A DNA stretch of 64,000 bases from Savitreella phatthalungensis. Taxonomy: Eukaryota. Position numbers and translations under genes: made by a program. Positions 1 through 9,044 of this stretch are shown in pieces (within the stretch, counting starts at the first letter, position 1; each line of letters begins with the position of its first letter). The notes under the pieces were generated by a model, which was not told the DNA's origin, made no database searches, and saw only the letters and a list, made by a program, of their open reading frames with translations. Location: contig AP039694.1 in the NCBI GenBank assembly GCA_051599415.1, forward strand, positions 310,001 through 374,000, read 5' to 3'.

Positions 1-1247
1 GTAGTTAAGCTTGCACACGACACCCGTTGTTCGTGCGGTCTTCACTTTTTTTCCTTTTTCCTTGCATCCACTGCAATGCCGTGGTTTCCGCTATCCCCGT
101 CACTGCCAGACCTCAAAGTTCTCTGATGGATAGCTGTGGCCTGGAAATCCCTTGAACGCGCGGGTCAGGCGGCATTCGCTAGCCAAGAGACCAAAGGCTG
201 TCAGAAAAAGGTAAAATGCCGCTGCGGCTGCGACTCCCGCGCCGGAGTTCGCGTCCATGGGGACATAAGCAGAAGAGCCTAGAATTTACATATTCGATTC
301 TTCAGTCATTTCATCAAGTCTGGACCCAGGCTGTTCAACTGCACTCAGATCTGACTACATGAAGAATAAAAGTTTGAATTGTGATTGTGATCCAATAGAA
401 GTTTTTCAATTTAGCCGCAGCCCAGCTGGATCCAAGTGACCTTGTATCCGAGTGCGATCAAACGTCTTGGTGATCCAGTCCAGAGTGTTCTCGAGCTCGG
501 CGAGGCTGATTTCGCTGATTTCTGACCTGCAGGAGGATTGACTTCAGGCCGATTGATTTACAGATGCAGTTGAAATGAGATGAAATCTCCATGCTAGGCT
601 TAATCTGCAGGTTGAAGCCCCCACAAGTCAAAATCTTAAAGTCAAAAGGCAATGGGTAGTTCTGCTCCTGCTGCCACAAGCAACTGTTTGACAGAGCCAG
701 GGTTCCACATAGAACTTACACTGACAATCCCACACAACCTCTTCAAATCATTTTCTTGCAGGCTTCAGCTTTACCCCGGACATCTAACTTCGATTGATGA
801 ATTGGATGTCCTCATCTGTTCTAGTCCACAGAGACCCAGGATACTGGGCTCAAGAGTCTATTACACTTCAGCAACCCAACTAGGACGCGCCCCCAGATCC
901 TTGCCCTAGATCCAGAAGCTTTTACTCCTTCAACTTCCTCCCTCGTCATCCTCGTCTCCAACACCTTCTCTATCTACTTTGTCCCCTGTACCCTCCTCTG
1001 CTGCGCTGTCCTCTGGCTGTAGTCTGCCATCATCAATGACAATCAGCCTTTCCTCTTTTCTAGATCCCAAACTCCGGGGTCCGTGTGCGTGTGTTTGTCA
1101 CAAGGGTTGAAAGTACATAAAGACCTATCTTGCCTCCTCCCCGTATTCTTTTCTCTAGACTCACTCTCGCCTTTCTTCCCTCTCTACACATTCATCTCTC
1201 TTACACCTGTTTCCTTTTCCTCTTGCCACAGCTTCTCCTGCAGACAG

Positions 1248-2750
1248 ATGTCGAAGCAGGACGTTTCTCACTACGAGAATCCATCAATCGATGGCTCGCT
1301 CGAAAAGGGTATCGCCCCGGACGCAGCCAACCTTGAGCTAGAGGGTCACGTGCCTTTCACCGCTGCAGAGGACAAGGCTTTGATTCGCAAGATCGACTTG
1401 AAGATTCTGCCATGGGTCTCCCTCCTCTACCTGCTCGCTTTCCTCGACCGTGCAAACGTCGGTAACGCAAAGCTCCAGGGTCTGCTCAAGTCCCTTCACA
1501 TGTCAAACACAGACTACAACGTCGGTCTTGCAGTCTTCTTCGTCTCATACGCCTTCTTCGAGGTACCCTCAAACATGCTCCTGAAGCGTCTCAAGCCCCA
1601 CGTCTGGCTCTGCATCATTACTGTTCTCTTCGGTGTCTGCGCAACCCTGATGGGCGTCACGTTCAATCGCGACTCATTTATCTCCTGCCGTTGGTTCCTC
1701 GGCGTGTTCGAGGCAGGTCTCTTCCCAGGTGTTCAGTTCTACCTCGCGTCCTGGTACAAGCGTAATGAGTTCGGTCTTCGCTCTGCAATCTTCTTCTCTG
1801 CAGCCACCGCAGCAGGCGCTTTCGGTGGTCTTCTCGCAGCCGGTATTGCCAAGATGAACGGCGTTGGCGGACTCGGCGGTTGGGCATGGATCTTCATCCT
1901 CGAAGGTCTTGTCACTGTCATCTTTGGTGTTCTTTCCTGGTGGATGATTCCCGACTTCCCGAGCGACGCTCGCTTCCTGTCAGAGCGCGAGCGCAAGCAG
2001 GTTCTCTACCGTCTCACCCAGGACTCCCAGAACCAGAATGTTCGTGAGGCATTCCACATCAAGCGCGTCTGGGAGGCCTTTGCAGACATCAAGACTGTCA
2101 TCCTCATGCTCATGTACGGTGGCTGCCTCTGCCCACTCTACGCATTCTCTCTCTTCCTCCCGTCGATCCTCAACTCGCTCGGCTACGACGCAATCCAGTC
2201 GCAGCTCCACACAGTGCCGGTCTACGTGCTCGCGTGTTTCTGCACTGTTGTCGGTGGCTTTGCAATGGACCGCACGGGCAACCGCACGCTTTACGTCATG
2301 GGCTTCTCTCTCGTCGGCATCGTCGGATACGCCATCCTTCGTGCCCAGCACAGCAACCCGAGACTCTCGTACGCAGCGACTTTCCTTGCAGCCTGCGGCA
2401 TTTACCCGCTCATCCCGGGAATCCTCTCCCTCACCTCTCAAAACGTCGGCCCCACCCTCCGTCGTGGTATCGTGCTCGGTCTTGTCATTTCCTGGGGCAA
2501 CCTGCAGGGTGTCGTCTCTTCCAACGTCTACCTCGCAACCGAGAGCAAGAAGGGATACCCGACCGGCCACACCACCGTCCTCGTCTACCTCATCCTGGTC
2601 TTCGTTACCGCCTTTATCCTCCGTTTGTACCTCCAGTGGGAGAACAAGCAGCGTGCTCAAGGCAAGCGTGACTACCGTCTTGAGAACAAAACTCAGCACG
2701 AGATTGAGATGCTCGGTGACAAGCACCCGCGCTTCGTCTACTCACTTTAA
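1248..2750 (+). CDS. MFS transporter, DAL5/TNA1 (anion:cation symporter) family, nicotinic acid/allantoate permease-like
   Basis: Motifs IRKIDLKILPW..LLAFLDRANVGNAK, FFEVPSNMLLKR, GVFEAGLFPG, GWAWIFILEG and C-terminal GDKHPRFVYSL; about 12 hydrophobic segments. First plausible ATG is 1248 (the ORF-track start at 1083 is GTG in a pyrimidine-rich leader). Confidence 0.93.
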   Translation: MSKQDVSHYENPSIDGSLEKGIAPDAANLELEGHVPFTAAEDKALIRKIDLKILPWVSLLYLLAFLDRANVGNAKLQGLLKSLHMSNTDYNVGLAVFFVSYAFFEVPSNMLLKRLKPHVWLCIITVLFGVCATLMGVTFNRDSFISCRWFLGVFEAGLFPGVQFYLASWYKRNEFGLRSAIFFSAATAAGAFGGLLAAGIAKMNGVGGLGGWAWIFILEGLVTVIFGVLSWWMIPDFPSDARFLSERERKQVLYRLTQDSQNQNVREAFHIKRVWEAFADIKTVILMLMYGGCLCPLYAFSLFLPSILNSLGYDAIQSQLHTVPVYVLACFCTVVGGFAMDRTGNRTLYVMGFSLVGIVGYAILRAQHSNPRLSYAATFLAACGIYPLIPGILSLTSQNVGPTLRRGIVLGLVISWGNLQGVVSSNVYLATESKKGYPTGHTTVLVYLILVFVTAFILRLYLQWENKQRAQGKRDYRLENKTQHEIEMLGDKHPRFVYSL

Positions 2751-2924
2751 GCGTATGCGAACTGTTCTGAAAACAAGTCAGCTGGCAGCGTCTTTCTGTA
2801 TCAGATGTAGCACCGACGACCACTTTAAAACTTTTGTACCATTAGGCATATATACATTTCTTCGCAGCTATACATTCATCAAGAAGTTCGATCCCCTGTC
2901 TGGACTTGAGTCTCGATTGACCTT

Positions 2925-3792
2925 TTATAGTGTGCCGTAGTGCGTGTCGCCTCCTGCCCTTCGCTCCGGATCTGTATCGTCACGTGACCGCAATGGTCTG
3001 CGTTCGCCATCCTTCTTGGCAGTTTTCGAGATGAGCGGATCAGAAGAATCTCCTGGCGAAGAACTGCCTTGTCCGTCACCGTCTCCGCCTCCTTTGACGA
3101 TATTGTCGATGATGACGTATTGAATGATGTTCATGACAAGCGGTGCGAAGAACATGACAAAGAAGATTCTCAACTTCTCATGGCCTTCAAGCCACCGCAG
3201 TCCCCAGTCTCCGAGCTTCGCAAGCCCTGGGAACGCGTAGAGCAGCGCAAACACAATGATCTTCATCAGCACGAGCCCCGTCACGAACACTGCCAGTTGC
3301 CCCAGGAATCGACTCCATCGAGGCGGAGTCCCATAGTCGCCAGTATGCATCACCACGCCAGCCACCTCAAGCATGTGTGTGAGAAGTTTGAGTACTGCGT
3401 ATAGTAGTGCGACCCCGAGTGTGGTGTCGACGATGATGTTGAGAAAGTACCATGTGCACGGCGACGTCCCTTCACCTCCACCACCTTTCCTCCCACCGCC
3501 AGCACCAAGGCCGACGGCAGACGACATGCCAATATTCACAAAGTGAACCACCACAGCACCGATCAGCTGCTTCGACACATCAAACGCCCACACGTCAAAT
3601 GGCCGTCGAGGCCGCTCGATATGCCGTTTATATAGCAGTGCTTTGAGAACAGGTCAGCTTGCGCATTCAGAAAGAAGAGACAGAACGCCACTTACAGAGA
3701 ACTGCGAGAAATCCGAGCGACGCCTGCACAAGCAGAGCAAATGGACCTAGCAGCTCGCATTTCGCTTCTGCAGCAAACACAGGCAGATCCAT
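2925..3792 (-). CDS. STIMATE / YPL162C-like vacuolar membrane protein; two exons (3792-3696 and 3640-2925)
   Basis: Splicing a 55-nt intron at 3641-3695 (GTAAGT...GCTGAC...AAG) gives MDLPVFAAEAKCELLGPFALLVQASLGFLAVLSLLYKRHIERPRRPFDVWAFDVSKQ. Downstream PCTWYFLNIIVDTTLG and GDYGTPP motifs are typical of the family. Confidence 0.85.
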
Positions 3793-4127
3793 CTGCACAC
3801 CACGGCTCAGCAGAACCTAGCTCAAGTAGCGTCGATGTCAGCAATGCGAGCGCGCGCGCGAAACGTATCGATGCCTGGCCTGAGGGCGCGTCCTTGTTTG
3901 TGGCGTGAAGCCGCTGTACAGGGTGAGGGAGGAGTAAGGTCGGTGTGGTGTCCTCGGTGACGTCTGTCCTGTCAAATCAAACTGAGCAAACCCCAATCAG
4001 GTCAGTTTCAGATTCAGTTGTGCGCAGGATGCAGCCGACTTCATGCACAAGAAAATCGCAACGTAGGTCACACCGTACCAAAAGGACATAGGACAGGACA
4101 TCCAGGTCACGTACGCTCGCCGTCACG

Positions 4128-4547
4128 ATGGAGAAGGGCCATGAGTTGGGCGAACAGGAAAAAGCTCGTCAGCAGTCACTCGCTTACATTCGAGAGACTG
4201 CAGGTGATGGACCACCGACCTTTGGTAACGCTCTCAGGACAGTGACGTTCTCTGAGCTCGGGAGTATCACGCAGGTACCGTGCGCGCGCAATGCTCTTCT
4301 GTATGGTGTCGGAGCCGGCGTTGTCGTCGGAGCTGCTAAGTTTGGGCTCGCGGGAGCGCGGAGTACAGGTCCCAGGGCTGCACTAAACTACGGCGCGCTC
4401 GCGTTCGCAGCCGTCAGTCTAGCGAGCTTCGAGGCCTGCAGATTCTCCAGGCACCAAGAGCGATCACGGATGAAGTACGCCGTCGACAGAGTCGAGATCA
4501 AGCGGTCACAGCGCAAATCACAACAAGACGATCAGCTGGAGCAGTAG
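4128..4547 (+). CDS. COX20: Cytochrome c oxidase assembly protein Cox20
   Basis: VPCARNALLYGVGAGVVVG, second TM followed by FEACRFSRHQER, matching the Cox20 two-TM/two-Cys pattern. Confidence 0.8.
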   Translation: MEKGHELGEQEKARQQSLAYIRETAGDGPPTFGNALRTVTFSELGSITQVPCARNALLYGVGAGVVVGAAKFGLAGARSTGPRAALNYGALAFAAVSLASFEACRFSRHQERSRMKYAVDRVEIKRSQRKSQQDDQLEQ

Positions 4548-4702
4548 AAGTGGCATTCCAGGTGAGCCTGCATGCGATAAATGGCGCGAAACATGACTTA
4601 CCACGAGACCTGTTTCAGCGACGGACAACACTCGTATGGTACATCTCTCTGTCCACCAGTCAAAAAGTAAGTTCTCTGGCGAGGCATACCGCATGCCGGG
4701 TA

Positions 4703-5290
4703 ATGCCAATGCGTCCGACTTGTGAAGCCATCCTTCCATTACTGCTCCTAGCCGCGCTCGCTTACAGCCTCGTACTGCTCCTCTTTCCTGGCAGCAACAG
4801 CTACCTAGAAAGCTCTCGTGTCAAATACGATGTTGAGAGGCCACCTTCTATCTGGTCACCAGGTGATCTGCTCGTCCTTCAGTACTGCACGCCACCGCCG
4901 CGATTCTACGTGAGCGGTATGACACCAGGCACGCATCACTATCGCTTTGGTGACACGTTCGGGCCGGTGGTCGTCCCCGACAATGCGACCTCGTTTACGC
5001 GCGACATCGTCGTCGTGGTAAAGGAAGGTGACTCTGGGATCGTGATTGACGGCATCCAGCACATGCACCGCAGCGGAGTCCTCTCCCTCAAGCTGTCACG
5101 AGGCAAGCACGTCCGACTGAGGCTGCTGAACCTGGCGACCAAGAGCAATCTCACCCTGCCGTTCGGTGGCCACATCATCGAACCCTACACCGATCAGCAC
5201 GCTGCAAGACTCACAATTCGGCCGCTCCAGGCAGCATCGCTCACTGTCACCTCACCGACAAAGCTCGATCTCCTGCTAGAGCATGGATAG
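4703..5290 (+). CDS. Membrane-anchored degenerate cupredoxin / multicopper-oxidase-like protein lacking copper ligands
   Basis: N-terminal hydrophobic helix, then ordered motifs PGDLLVL, PGTHHYR..FGPVVV, GIVIDG, GKHVRLRLLNLA..FGGH and RLTIRPLQAASLTV that echo MCO domains 1-2. Start ATG is 4703 or 4709. Confidence 0.5.
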   Translation: MPMRPTCEAILPLLLLAALAYSLVLLLFPGSNSYLESSRVKYDVERPPSIWSPGDLLVLQYCTPPPRFYVSGMTPGTHHYRFGDTFGPVVVPDNATSFTRDIVVVVKEGDSGIVIDGIQHMHRSGVLSLKLSRGKHVRLRLLNLATKSNLTLPFGGHIIEPYTDQHAARLTIRPLQAASLTVTSPTKLDLLLEHG

Positions 5291-5476
5291 CGTGTGTCAA
5301 CCAGGCAATGTAGAATTAGTAAAGTGCTGTCGTTTGTGGTTCTGGGTCTGATGCATTGATGCGTTGTCGTCTGTACAAAGATCTCATGGATGCTTGCTCC
5401 GAGTGCACGTCCACTGTGTATCGCGTCACTTGATTAGATCCTCAATATGAATCCACTTGTCTATCACTCAGGTCAG

Positions 5477-5944
5477 TCAAGCGTCCGAGCGCAATGGCCA
5501 AATGCGTAGTGGGCGCAACTTACGAGGATCAAAGTCTCGATGTAGCAATCGTGCCATCTCCCGATTACGAGCGGCGTTCACGTCACGCTGAGCCAGCGCA
5601 TTTGCAGTTACAGCCGCCGCAGCCTCTGTATTGCCTTGATTCCCGGCTGCATCTGCGTCTGTAGCAGCCAAGCCTGCAGCACCCACCGGCTTAGCTGTCC
5701 CTGCCGCAGCGGACGAGCGACGTCGCTCGACGACAGCTGCCATTTTTGGTCTCCTCGCTGTCGGATCCAGCGCTAGTCCAGGACCGCGCTCGACATTGTC
5801 GTCTATCTCGCTCTCCATCTCGTCGTCATCGTCATCAGTGGTCTCGTCGACATCGTTCATCGATCGTCCGACGCTGCCGTCACTCACAGGCTCGGAATCG
5901 ATCGGCATATGTTCCGACGCTGGCGATGGCGGTGCGACTTGCAT
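5477..5944 (-). CDS. Hypothetical protein, acidic/Ala-rich with a basic C-terminal motif
   Basis: Open frame of ~155 codons in a gene-sized slot; D/E tract and C-terminal NREMARLLHRDFDPRKLRPLRIWPL. Family not recognised; start uncertain. Confidence 0.5.
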   Translation of the reverse strand: MQVAPPSPASEHMPIDSEPVSDGSVGRSMNDVDETTDDDDDEMESEIDDNVERGPGLALDPTARRPKMAAVVERRRSSAAAGTAKPVGAAGLAATDADAAGNQGNTEAAAAVTANALAQRDVNAARNREMARLLHRDFDPRKLRPLRIWPLRSDA

Positions 5945-6270
5945 ACTTAAAAGATCGAGCCTCCTAGGCACTCACAAGTGATCGGACGTCCCGAGCAAAA
6001 GTCTCTGTCTTGTGCAAGGTGGCTGACTTAAAGCAGCTGATAAGTGTGCAACCTGATCAATCTCTCTTCTAGATTGATTCGTGCACGGGCTAGATGACAC
6101 ACTCTTGAAAATGTAATGTGTGATGCAGTGGCAGGAAGACAAAGACGTGGTAGGTGTAGAAGCCTATAGACTATCGTCTACGACAGTAGTCTCGGCCGGT
6201 ATCTTGGGCGCAGACTCAGAGCTACAGTCTCTGCTCACCTCCGGTCGCACCACGGTGAAGGACAAGAGGA

Positions 6271-6564
6271 ATGGCTGTCCCGCAGAATCTCATTTGGGCT
6301 ACTGGCGCTATGGCGATCGCCGTCGTAGGGACGTTGTATGGGGCGACGCTTAAGGAAGAAGCCGAAGTCACAGACATCAGACACAAGATTGATAATCCTG
6401 CTGAGAGACTGAAGGAGTTGCGCAAACACAAGGAAAAGCTCATCGCTGCAAGGCTACTATCCGAGAGGAAACTGATCAACTTTCTTCGCAAGCTCGACGA
6501 GAAGCGTGCAAAGGAAGAGCAGATGGGCATCACACCTAAGCCGACTCCAGCATCTGATCGATGA
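6271..6564 (+). CDS. Small fungal protein with N-terminal TM helix and coiled coil
   Basis: LIWATGAMAIAVVGTLYGATLK followed by a charged helical region; resembles a small conserved ascomycete family of unknown function. Confidence 0.7.
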   Translation: MAVPQNLIWATGAMAIAVVGTLYGATLKEEAEVTDIRHKIDNPAERLKELRKHKEKLIAARLLSERKLINFLRKLDEKRAKEEQMGITPKPTPASDR

Positions 6565-6791
6565 GGATGGTACATGTCCAGCTGCGGAGCAGTGGGAGCT
6601 TGTGTGAATCTTTCAGACAACAGTCTGATTTTCTGCTGCGCGCACGGACCATTTCTTTCAGGACAAAGAGATTGTGAAAACGGACTATTCGTTGAACATG
6701 GTACTCTGGTCTCGGGTGAACGTGATGAGAGAGGAGGCAGACATCATGAGACCGACGTCTTCGCCTAGTGCCATCTCAAGCGCACTGCACG

Positions 6792-8849
6792 ATGCGCTCT
6801 CTGGTCAAGAATCTTAGGGAGAACCCACGGATTTGCGTCAAACGAGCACTATCGCAAATTGATGGGACAACGAAGCCGTACCTCGGCCTCGGCGCGAGGC
6901 TATCTCAATCTTGGGTGAACAAGTGGACAGTCCTGCTTGTACTCGTCGCTATACGACTGAGTCTGGCATTGAAGAGTGTGCGTCACGAGCTGGCTCGTGT
7001 CACTGACGAGCTCATGGTGGGATGTTTGCGTGCGGAAGCATCAGCAAGCGCTTTCGCAAGCGCGCCGCACTATCTCGCTTCCGGGGCGAACCACATGGTT
7101 CAGCATACCGTAGAAGGGGCTGTCCGTGCTATCAATACCAGTGCTCAGGATTCCCTCATCGCAGCTGAGGCCGTCATTCTCTTCTTCATCAACACCTTCA
7201 AGTCGACATATCTGTGTTTGCTCAAATTTGCAATTACTGGTACTATCGACGGTGTCATCGACGCGACAGAGCAAATCGGCGTTGCCCTCAATGTCACACT
7301 CGCAGCTCTAGCACATGATCTTCAAGCAGGAGTCAAAGACGCCAACACCGCACTCGGCAAAATCGCTAGCTTCATCGACAAGGCCTCTGCGTTTCTAGGC
7401 CAACGTGTCACAGTCCCGACTGTTTCGATCCCACAGATTGCCGATCTCACCGCCTTTCAAATACCAGGCGGCTTTGACACCAATCTCGAAAAGGTTCGTT
7501 CAGCCATCGATCTCGACAAGGTACAACAGGCGTCCGATGCTGCCATTAGCTATCCATTTGGACAACTGCGAATTCACATCAATGAGAGTCTCTCGAATTT
7601 TACCTTCAGCAAATCCTTGCTGAGTACGCCACCCATGAAGCAGCTCACATTCTGCAACGATTCGGACTTTGTCCACGCTGTCGATAGCATTCAACAGGGA
7701 TTACTCACATCTTATAAGATCTTGATAGCTTTGCTCGCTGCTGCCGCCCTGCTGGCCATCATTCCGCACGCTCTCTGGACCTGGTACGAGTGGGTATCAC
7801 TTCGGACAGGCCGCAACATGCTTTCACGTGCGCTCGATGCAACAGGAAAGCCTGCGGATCGTCTCGATCTCGTCCTGCTGGCAAAGCATCCTGCCCCAGG
7901 TCTCCTCGGTGCAATGCTCGCGAAGCGCTGCAAGAACGACCATGCACGCAACGCGATCCGTTGGGCGACTGCCTACGTGACCACGACCTCAGCATTGTTC
8001 CTCCTGCTTCTTGGAGCTGCCGGCCTCCTCTCATGCCTACTCCAGTACATCCTGCTGCGTTCGCTGACTGCAGTCACCCCAACCGCCGCACAAGATGCCC
8101 GAAATTTGACAGAGTTGGTAGCCCGCTCTTTGTCAGAGACCTCCGCCACCTGGGCCAACCATACCAACACCCGCATCGCCGTCACACAGAGCGATCTGAA
8201 CACTCGGATCTTCGGTTGGGTGGAAACCAGTACAACGGCGTTGAACACGACCTTGAACGTCTTCACGGACGAGCTTGTGCACACGCTGAACACGACATTT
8301 GGTGGGACACCATTGTATACGCCGATATTGGAGGTACTCGACTGCCTCTTGATCTACAAGTTGCATGGGATTGAGACTGGCTTGACCTGGGTCCACGACC
8401 ACGCGCACGTCACACTCCCTCGCGTACCTCCCGACGTCTTCGCACTCGCGCCCAACACCACCGATATCGCCCATCTCAGAGACACAGCCTCAGACCAGGT
8501 CACTCAAGCACTCGAAACAGTCGCTCACCTGTGGCGAGCATCGATCAGGGAAGAGGCGTTTTGGGCTGGTGGTGTGATGGGATGCTGGCTGGTGCTCTTG
8601 GTTTTTGCTGGTGTGAGGTACGGTGTGGTGATGTGGATGTTGCGAAAGCGACAGACTGTGTGCAAGCACGAGATTGGACTTCCCAAACTCACGCCGCCGG
8701 CCCAAAAACTCGAGGATCCCTGGCTAGCAGCCCTATCACCACCATCGCGTCCACACCCAGAGTCACACGACCATCCAGGCGACGATGCAGGGACCGATGA
8801 AAAGCAAGGCGTTATTGTCATCGCATCCTCTCGCAAACTGGACGAGTAA
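6792..8849 (+). CDS. PRM1: Plasma membrane fusion protein Prm1
   Basis: Diagnostic PYLGLGARLSQSWVNKWTVLL, SAFASAPHYLA, FFINTFKSTYLCLL, FGWVETSTTALNTTLN and LTWVHDHAHVTLP. Confidence 0.93.
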   Translation: MRSLVKNLRENPRICVKRALSQIDGTTKPYLGLGARLSQSWVNKWTVLLVLVAIRLSLALKSVRHELARVTDELMVGCLRAEASASAFASAPHYLASGANHMVQHTVEGAVRAINTSAQDSLIAAEAVILFFINTFKSTYLCLLKFAITGTIDGVIDATEQIGVALNVTLAALAHDLQAGVKDANTALGKIASFIDKASAFLGQRVTVPTVSIPQIADLTAFQIPGGFDTNLEKVRSAIDLDKVQQASDAAISYPFGQLRIHINESLSNFTFSKSLLSTPPMKQLTFCNDSDFVHAVDSIQQGLLTSYKILIALLAAAALLAIIPHALWTWYEWVSLRTGRNMLSRALDATGKPADRLDLVLLAKHPAPGLLGAMLAKRCKNDHARNAIRWATAYVTTTSALFLLLLGAAGLLSCLLQYILLRSLTAVTPTAAQDARNLTELVARSLSETSATWANHTNTRIAVTQSDLNTRIFGWVETSTTALNTTLNVFTDELVHTLNTTFGGTPLYTPILEVLDCLLIYKLHGIETGLTWVHDHAHVTLPRVPPDVFALAPNTTDIAHLRDTASDQVTQALETVAHLWRASIREEAFWAGGVMGCWLVLLVFAGVRYGVVMWMLRKRQTVCKHEIGLPKLTPPAQKLEDPWLAALSPPSRPHPESHDHPGDDAGTDEKQGVIVIASSRKLDE

Positions 8850-8925
8850 GCGCACCACGGAAGTTTTCAAAGATAGCTGGATTGCTAATTAAATCTCTCA
8901 TATAGAGCTTATCGCTCAAGAAATA

Positions 8926-8956
8926 TCCTCGTCCTCATCCTCATCCTCATCCTCAC
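8926..8956. repeat. (TCCTCA)n short tandem repeat
   Basis: tcctcg tcctca tcctca tcctca tcctca between the convergent PRM1 and aquaglyceroporin 3' ends. Confidence 0.8.
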
Positions 8957-9044
8957 TCGTCCGTTGGCGTCATTGTCAAGACGCTTGCAAAACACCCCAC
9001 TCGTGATCAGTGATCGTTATCCATTGATTGCGCCGTTGCTTGAC

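Noticed and set aside
1..60. GTAGTTAAGC at the window start resembles part of fungal 5S rRNA
   Set aside because: Only ~10 nt match; the following sequence does not continue as 5S.
1..1247. Possible TPP riboswitch upstream of the vitamin-permease-like MFS gene
   Set aside because: No CTGAGA plus CTTGATC..GATAAT..CAGCG core seen on either strand; an Infernal RF00059 scan would settle it.
1980..2940. Long alternative-frame and antisense ORFs (248 and 300 aa) over the MFS gene
   Set aside because: Shadows of strong C-ending codon bias; no recognisable motifs.
6792..8849. PRM1 as a marker of a mating-type locus
   Set aside because: No HMG, alpha-box or homeodomain genes, pheromone precursors or receptors recognised nearby.
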